Of a DNA stretch of 64,000 bases, positions 58,636-64,000 are shown one piece after another. How positions within the stretch are numbered: position 1 is the stretch's first letter; each line of letters begins with the position of its first letter. Both the position numbers and the translations under genes were made by a program. The DNA is from an uncultured Acidobacteriaceae bacterium (GTDB lineage: Bacteria > Acidobacteriota > Terriglobia > Terriglobales > Acidobacteriaceae). The notes below the pieces were generated by a model, which had not been told where the DNA came from, ran no database searches, and saw nothing but the letters and a program-made list of their open reading frames with translations. The DNA is taken from contig CAVVXR010000019.1 in assembly GCA_963752215.1 (NCBI GenBank), positions 17,657 to 81,656 on the forward strand. The letters are read 5' to 3'.

Positions 58636-60003
58636 TTATGCGTACCTCCTCGGCGGGAGTCCGTATTCGCGTATCTTGTTTCGCAGGGTCCTCAGGCTGA
58701 TGCCGAGCATTTCGGCGGCGTGGGTTCGATTTCCATCCGTCAGCGCCAGTGTGCTTTCCAGGTGCAGCCGTTCGACCTGGCGAATTGGTGTGCCTGCGGC
58801 AGGAGCTGGAATCGCGACCGGAGATGCAATCGGAGACTTGGAAGCGCCCTGAAACTCCGATTCGAAGCAACGTCCATCGATCTCGATCGTTCCGCTGAGC
58901 GTGAGAACGCGCCGCATAAAATTCGCGAGCTCTCTTACATTCCCCGGCCAGTGGTGCGATTGCAAGCGATTGAGAAACTCCGGATGTAGCCGGGGTGCCT
59001 CGGTTCCCAACTGGCGTGCAAATCTTGCCGCAAAATGATGAGCAAGAACGGGAATGTCTTCTCTGCGTTCCCGTAGTGGTGGCAGCGAAAGCGGAATTAC
59101 GTTCAACCGATAATACAGATCGCTGCGGAAGTCGCCGCGCTCGACCATCGAAGCAAGAGAGACATTCGTCGTGGCGATCACTCGTATATCGACATGCACG
59201 GATCTTGATTCGCCTAGTCTTTCAAACTCACGCTCCTGCAGAGCACGAAGAAGTTTGGGCTGCAGGTGCAGCGGCATTTCTCCAATCTCATCGAGCAGAA
59301 TCGTGCCGCCATCCGCCAATTCAAACTTGCCCGGCTTGGCTCCTACTGCGCCAGTGAATGCGCCGCGGCCATGACCGAATAGCTCGCTCTCAAGAAGAGA
59401 CTCAGGGACTGCGGCGCAGTTAAGGGCAATAAAAGGTTTCTTGCTTCGATCGCTCGAATCGTGAATGAGTCTCGCCAGCAATTCTTTGCCTGTCCCGCTC
59501 TCCGCTTCGATAAGAACATCGGCGCCGGTGCCGGCGGCCGCGCGAGCGCGTTGTATTGCGCGAAGCAATGTTGGGGCGCGCCCTACAATGTCTCCTGCTG
59601 ATGCGGGGTCATCGATAGCAGTGTGTTTGGCCCGGTGCATAACCTGGGCAGCCGTTGCCTGCAACTGATCGAACGAAATCGGCTTGGTCAAATAATCAAG
59701 TGCTCCGTCACGCATTGCGCTCACCGCGTCGGGGACCGAGCCGTATGCCGTGAGCAAAATGATGGCCGCACCTGGAGCTGAACGGCGTGCCGAACGCATC
59801 ACTTCCATGCCCGTCCCGTCCGGCATGCGAATATCGGTTACCACCAGGTCGAACTCACGGTCTTCAAGCTTGAAGATCGCGTCACGAACTCCGCTGGCCG
59901 TCTCAACCAACCATCCGTGGCGAAGAAAATTCGCGCGGAGAGCGGTGCGAATGCCCGGTTCGTCATCTACCACCATTACTGAAGGCGCATCATCTCTCGT
60001 CAT
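58636..60003 (-). CDS. NtrC-family sigma54 response regulator (FleR/FlrC-like), REC-AAA-HTH
   Basis: VVDDE, TDIRMP, KP, ESGTGKE, GAFTGA and Fis-type HTH GNRTHAAEMLGISLRTLRNK. Confidence 0.95.
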   Translation of the reverse strand: MTRDDAPSVMVVDDEPGIRTALRANFLRHGWLVETASGVRDAIFKLEDREFDLVVTDIRMPDGTGMEVMRSARRSAPGAAIILLTAYGSVPDAVSAMRDGALDYLTKPISFDQLQATAAQVMHRAKHTAIDDPASAGDIVGRAPTLLRAIQRARAAAGTGADVLIEAESGTGKELLARLIHDSSDRSKKPFIALNCAAVPESLLESELFGHGRGAFTGAVGAKPGKFELADGGTILLDEIGEMPLHLQPKLLRALQEREFERLGESRSVHVDIRVIATTNVSLASMVERGDFRSDLYYRLNVIPLSLPPLRERREDIPVLAHHFAARFARQLGTEAPRLHPEFLNRLQSHHWPGNVRELANFMRRVLTLSGTIEIDGRCFESEFQGASKSPIASPVAIPAPAAGTPIRQVERLHLESTLALTDGNRTHAAEMLGISLRTLRNKIREYGLPPRRYA

Positions 60004-61259
60004 AAGGTTGGGAACTCCAGTTGAAATGTGCTACCGCGGTTCACGCGGCTTAACACGTGAATGTCTCCGCCGTGTTGGTTCATGAGTCGCTTGCAAACGG
60101 CCAGGCCAAGACCGGGCGTTTCGCCGCCCCCACTGAATCCGGTTTCGAAGACGCGATCGATGATATCCGCGGGTATCCCGCAGCCGGTGTCCCTTATCTC
60201 TACGATTGCCAAAACGCTTCCCTGCCGCGCTTTGCTCTTGGTCGAAACTTCGATCCTTCCGCCGGCGGGCGTGTGGCGAATTGCGTTGCAAATAAGATTC
60301 AGAGTCATCTGTCGCAGCATGTTTTCGCTGCCCTGGATCACAAGGCTGTCATCCCCTTGTACAAACTTGAGCGCCACACCGGCCTGCTCCGAAATTGGAA
60401 GCACGAACTCCACTCCGGCTCTCACGCTGGCAGTCAGATTCATGGGCGCGAGATGAGGACTGCCACCACCATGAATGCTGAGTACATTGTTGACGGTTCC
60501 TGAAAGCATGCGGATACCGGCGCGGAGATGAGAAACCCAATGTAAAGTTTGTGCCGGATCTTCGGCGATCAACCCGGCAAATAATTCCATGCTTTCTAAC
60601 GGATTCCTAATCTCGTGAGCGAGAATCGTCGACATCTCAGCCAGCGCCATTGTGTTTCTCGCCGACTCCCGCTCCCGCTCTGCTTGCTTGTGAGCGGTAA
60701 TATCGCGGAAAATCCAAACGCTATGCAGTGGCGTCCTCTGATCGCGTTGTTCCCGCTCAGTAGATAGGCAATTCAGCTTACGGTTTCCAATTGCCAACCA
60801 GCGCTTTCCTGCTGAAGATGGAATGCAAAGCTCATTATCAAGGCGGTCTTTCGACTTGCCTACCAATGAGTCAAAGTCAATCCGGCTCACTGCGGAAAGC
60901 TCGCGAAGATTGCGCACATGCGCGTTACCCAGCTCGAGTAGCCTGCGACCCTCTGGGTTGATTATTAGGATGGATTCGGCCGCATCCAGCACCAGCACGC
61001 CGCAAGGCATCGAATCGATGATCTGTTGAAGAGCCGCACGCATTCGATCGTTCTCGGCCAGGCTCCTGGTGAGAGCGGCGTTGCGCTCAGCTAATTCAAT
61101 TCCGAGGTGCGCAACTTCCTGTTGCAGGTCGCGGTAAGAGGACTCGAGCAATGAAGATGCGGATATGAACTCAGAAAAGGCGTCCGCCAGCATCCCCGGA
61201 CTGTGCAGGGAGGCTGGCGCGATGCCACTTATTGGAACTACATGAGAACCGGGCAGCAT
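60000..61259 (-). CDS. PAS sensor histidine kinase (FleS/FlrB-like)
   Basis: Coiled coil, PAS, AHEIRNPL, NLICNA, DTGCGI, GLGL; start placed at ATG 61259, downstream of the sigma54 box. Confidence 0.93.
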   Translation of the reverse strand: MLPGSHVVPISGIAPASLHSPGMLADAFSEFISASSLLESSYRDLQQEVAHLGIELAERNAALTRSLAENDRMRAALQQIIDSMPCGVLVLDAAESILIINPEGRRLLELGNAHVRNLRELSAVSRIDFDSLVGKSKDRLDNELCIPSSAGKRWLAIGNRKLNCLSTEREQRDQRTPLHSVWIFRDITAHKQAERERESARNTMALAEMSTILAHEIRNPLESMELFAGLIAEDPAQTLHWVSHLRAGIRMLSGTVNNVLSIHGGGSPHLAPMNLTASVRAGVEFVLPISEQAGVALKFVQGDDSLVIQGSENMLRQMTLNLICNAIRHTPAGGRIEVSTKSKARQGSVLAIVEIRDTGCGIPADIIDRVFETGFSGGGETPGLGLAVCKRLMNQHGGDIHVLSRVNRGSTFQLEFPTL

Positions 61260-61272
61260 TTGCCTATCTAGT

Positions 61273-61288
61273 AGCACGATGCGTGCCA
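61273..61288 (-). promoter_or_regulatory. Sigma54 promoter for the HK-RR-flgBC-fliEFGHIJ operon
   Basis: TGGCAC-GCATC-GTGCT (GG-N10-GC). Confidence 0.78.
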
Positions 61289-61322
61289 AACTGAAACGGC
61301 CTGCCCACAACAGGAAGCTGAG

Positions 61323-62501
61323 TTACAAAAAGATGTGCTCAGGCTTGATCTCGTGCCCTGAACCCACCAGGACACTTGCCCGTTCAATTACGTTGCGCAA
61401 CTCCCTCACGTTCCCTGGCCAGTTGTGCTGCTGCAACATCCGCAAAGCTTCGCGAGTAAGCGAGGTCCCACGGCTGTATTTAGCGACGAACCATTCCGCC
61501 AATTCTTCTAGATCGTCCATCCGCTCGCGCAGTGGCGGAAGTTGAATGGGGAAAATGGCGAGGCGGTAATATAGATCCTCGCGGAAAAGCTGCTGAGAGA
61601 TGAGCTTCTTGAGATCGGCATTGGTCGCAGCAACCACTCTAACGTCGACCTTCAGGTTGTCCAGTCCTCCCAGACGCTGCACTTCACCCTGTTCCAGAAA
61701 TCTCAGAATCTTGCTTTGGAGGGACAACGGCATGTCGCCTACCTCGTCAAGAAACAGGGTGCCTCCGTGCGCGGCATGAATCCGGCCGATACGCGATTGA
61801 ACAGCGCCGGTGAAAGCGCCCTTTACGTAACCGAAGAGTTCCGCCTCGAGCAGCGCATCGGGGATCGCGGAACAATTCACGGCCACAAAGGGCTGCTTGC
61901 GACGCGAGCTGATCAAATGGATCTCCTGCGCGATCAGCTCCTTGCCCGTGCCACTTTCACCAGTCACCAAGACGGTTGTGTCGCGGGCTGCGACCATGCG
62001 TGTTAAATGATAGGTGCGCTTCATTGGATCCGAATCGCCAATCATGCCACGCAGATTGAGGCTTCCGTCATGCACCTGACGGAAAACCTCTCCATCATTC
62101 TCAGTTGCGGGTTTGGGACTCGCTGCGACTCCGCGGTTGATCAATTCGGCAAGCCGCGTCGATATAGGTGTCGGCGATGAACCTCCGATAAGCAACTGCC
62201 CAGTGTGGGAGTTGAGCGTCATCAGTTGAAGATTCGGATATCGAACTTTAACGATACTCAAAAACTCACTCAGTTCAAGATCGGGAAGATTTGGATCGAG
62301 CAAGAGTATTCCATCGTCAGCGCCATGTTGTCGGAGCAACTCAAGCGCCCCGGCGCCGCTTCCTGCTTGAATTACGTTCCACCGAGGCATTGCCAACCTG
62401 TCATTCAGATCCAAACGGATCCGGGAGTTGGGACAGACAACAAAAACATCGGTTGTCGTCCGGTCTTCCTGACGGGCAAATTGTGCAACAAGACTTGCCA
62501 T
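61323..62501 (-). CDS. Sigma54 enhancer-binding protein with atypical REC domain and no HTH
   Basis: GESGTGKE, GAFTGA, WPGNVREL, ends KPEHIFL; ATG 62501 with AAGGAG SD. Confidence 0.94.
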   Translation of the reverse strand: MASLVAQFARQEDRTTTDVFVVCPNSRIRLDLNDRLAMPRWNVIQAGSGAGALELLRQHGADDGILLLDPNLPDLELSEFLSIVKVRYPNLQLMTLNSHTGQLLIGGSSPTPISTRLAELINRGVAASPKPATENDGEVFRQVHDGSLNLRGMIGDSDPMKRTYHLTRMVAARDTTVLVTGESGTGKELIAQEIHLISSRRKQPFVAVNCSAIPDALLEAELFGYVKGAFTGAVQSRIGRIHAAHGGTLFLDEVGDMPLSLQSKILRFLEQGEVQRLGGLDNLKVDVRVVAATNADLKKLISQQLFREDLYYRLAIFPIQLPPLRERMDDLEELAEWFVAKYSRGTSLTREALRMLQQHNWPGNVRELRNVIERASVLVGSGHEIKPEHIFL

Positions 62502-62562
62502 TGGGCTGTTCTCCTTTTTTCGGCTCCCATTCGCGAATCGGAAACCCGAATCCTTTTCTTGG

Positions 62563-62913
62563 TTAGTGGGAAATGTTGAAAACAAAATCGGTATTCGAAC
62601 CCTTCAATTGGCCAGTTTCGGAGTCCAGCGTCATTAGCTGAAGGTTCGGATACTGAACTTCCACGGTGTCGAGAATATCGCTGAGTTCCAGATCGGGAAG
62701 ACTCGGATCAAACATGAGAATTCCGCCGTCCGCGCCATGTTGCCGGAGCATCTCGAGCGCTCCAGCGCCAGTTCCTGACTGCATAACATTCCAGCGAGGA
62801 AGACGCAGCTTGTCATTCAGATTCTGACGGAGCCTGCAGTTTGCGCAGGCGATGAATACATCGGTCGGACCTGGTGCTTCTTGATCGGCGAATCGCGTAA
62901 TTGTACTTGCCAT
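62563..62913 (-). CDS. Stand-alone atypical REC-like protein, paralogous to the N-terminus of the downstream EBP
   Basis: PRWNV.Q.G.GAGALE.LRQHGAD.GIL..DP.LPDLELS...YPNLQLMTL shared with 61323-62501. Confidence 0.8.
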   Translation of the reverse strand: MASTITRFADQEAPGPTDVFIACANCRLRQNLNDKLRLPRWNVMQSGTGAGALEMLRQHGADGGILMFDPSLPDLELSDILDTVEVQYPNLQLMTLDSETGQLKGSNTDFVFNISH

Positions 62914-62982
62914 GATGCCCTTCCCCCTTCGTAGATTGCAAAAATCCCTGAAAACGGGGGCCCGATCTTGCAGTAAATATTG

Positions 62983-63744
62983 CTAGCTAAGCTGGACAGC
63001 CAGCGCACCCTGGCGGACCTTCTTACCCATCATTCCGGCAATTTCAAAAACTCGATTGTGGGCTGGACTCGCAGCCGGAAACATCAATGAAACACGAATC
63101 GGGTCCTCGTGGCACACGCAATCCCCTTCCTGACCTTGGATATTGATTTCAGCCACAGTCAGGTACAGGCGCTCCAATGCTGTGAAACTTCTACGTTGAG
63201 AACCCTCGTTTTGAACAATCACTTCGACTCCACCTGTGCTGAGCGCAACCTTCACTTCAATCACATCGCCATGGGAAGAGACGGAAGCTGCGATCTTGAG
63301 CGCTGAGGTCAGCGCCTTCAACGCCCTGCTCATGTCAGTCAACATGATTGAATGAAGCTCTGCCGGCATGCTTACGTCAACGGCCAAGCCCGAGGCCTCA
63401 AGCAATGGCGCCTGATCTTCAATCACCAGCGACAAGATCCGTGAGACCTCTATCGGTGAAGGCTCCTCGCCAATTCGGCTTGAATCCACCAGGTCCCGCA
63501 AACAATCGAACAGGCTACAGAGAAGCCTCACCTGCTCAGCTGAAGTGGCCAGGTACTTTTGCCGCCTGTCGGCCGGGAGTCCCACAGTTGCTGAGGCTGC
63601 AATCGTTCCGCGCAGAACCGTGAGCGGCTGGCCCATCGCGTGCAAACACGATGACAAACCGGCATGAAGCCTGTCTTCTTCAGCGCCCATCCAATCGGAG
63701 GGGCCTTCACTCTTCAACACATCATTATTCCGCACGGAGCACAT
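62983..63744 (-). CDS. Pseudo-histidine kinase / putative histidine phosphotransferase
   Basis: H-box LHAMGQPLTVL retained; downstream domain lacks N, G1 and G2 boxes; no sensor domain. Confidence 0.65.
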   Translation of the reverse strand: MCSVRNNDVLKSEGPSDWMGAEEDRLHAGLSSCLHAMGQPLTVLRGTIAASATVGLPADRRQKYLATSAEQVRLLCSLFDCLRDLVDSSRIGEEPSPIEVSRILSLVIEDQAPLLEASGLAVDVSMPAELHSIMLTDMSRALKALTSALKIAASVSSHGDVIEVKVALSTGGVEVIVQNEGSQRRSFTALERLYLTVAEINIQGQEGDCVCHEDPIRVSLMFPAASPAHNRVFEIAGMMGKKVRQGALAVQLS

Positions 63745-64000
63745 AGCCGATTCCTCGAACTGTATGGGTAAGCTTCTGCTCTCCCGGAAGATCCACTTTG
63801 TCGCGCACATACTTCATGTAAACGTCAACGATGTTCGAAGACGGATCGTGAGGCATGTTCCACACTTCCTCGAAAAGCTGTGCGCGCGGCACTGAACGTC
63901 CGGCGTTGCGCATCAAATATTCAAGCACCGAAAATTCTCGCGGGGTCAGGTCGATGCGCCTTCCGTTCCGCTCCACCAGACGCTCTTCTCGATACAACGC
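63725..64000 (-). CDS. OmpR-family response regulator (C-terminal part; runs off the window)
   Basis: LTPREF.VLEYLM, NIVDVY, TVRGIGY. Confidence 0.92.
   Translation of the reverse strand, partial: ALYREERLVERNGRRIDLTPREFSVLEYLMRNAGRSVPRAQLFEEVWNMPHDPSSNIVDVYMKYVRDKVDLPGEQKLTHTVRGIGYVLRAE

Noticed and set aside
22255-64000. Flagellar cluster as a mobile island
   Set aside because: Looks somewhat lower in GC, but no integrase, transposase, tRNA or att repeat is visible at the left boundary; the right boundary is outside the window
1-64000. CRISPR arrays, tRNA or rRNA genes, IS elements
   Set aside because: No regularly spaced repeats, cloverleaf or rRNA signatures, or transposase ORFs seen by eye

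Overview
Bacterial chromosomal window. Protein style and gene content suggest Acidobacteriota (Terriglobia-like); this is an inference. Bases 1-22.2 kb are housekeeping genes: a RES toxin, rpsO-pnp, a membrane diguanylate cyclase, murA/murQ/serine hydrolase, lepB, carA-carB, a DapA-family aldolase, DUF151, miaB, cytochrome c, a Tat-type SOD, a PLP dehydratase and a thioesterase. pnp, murA, murQ, the serine hydrolase and miaB carry indels that look like assembly errors. Bases 22.2-64 kb are an intact flagellar supercluster with readable sigma54 and sigma28 promoters; no motAB, fliL, che, flhFG or csrA/fliW genes lie inside the window. The best candidate for an undescribed system is the regulatory circuit bracketing this cluster. 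It comprises two paralogous cassettes of OmpR-type regulator plus HTH-less sigma54 activator, a ChpT/Spo0B-like pseudo-histidine kinase, a stand-alone duplicate of one activator's input domain, a FleS/FleR-like pair, and a GGCAA-N3-TTGCC enhancer. A c-di-GMP arm adds a sigma28-driven DGC, a Cys4-MshEN protein and an HDOD protein. Also notable are a FliK built from about 9 degenerate 43-aa repeats and extracellular axial proteins almost devoid of Lys/Arg.
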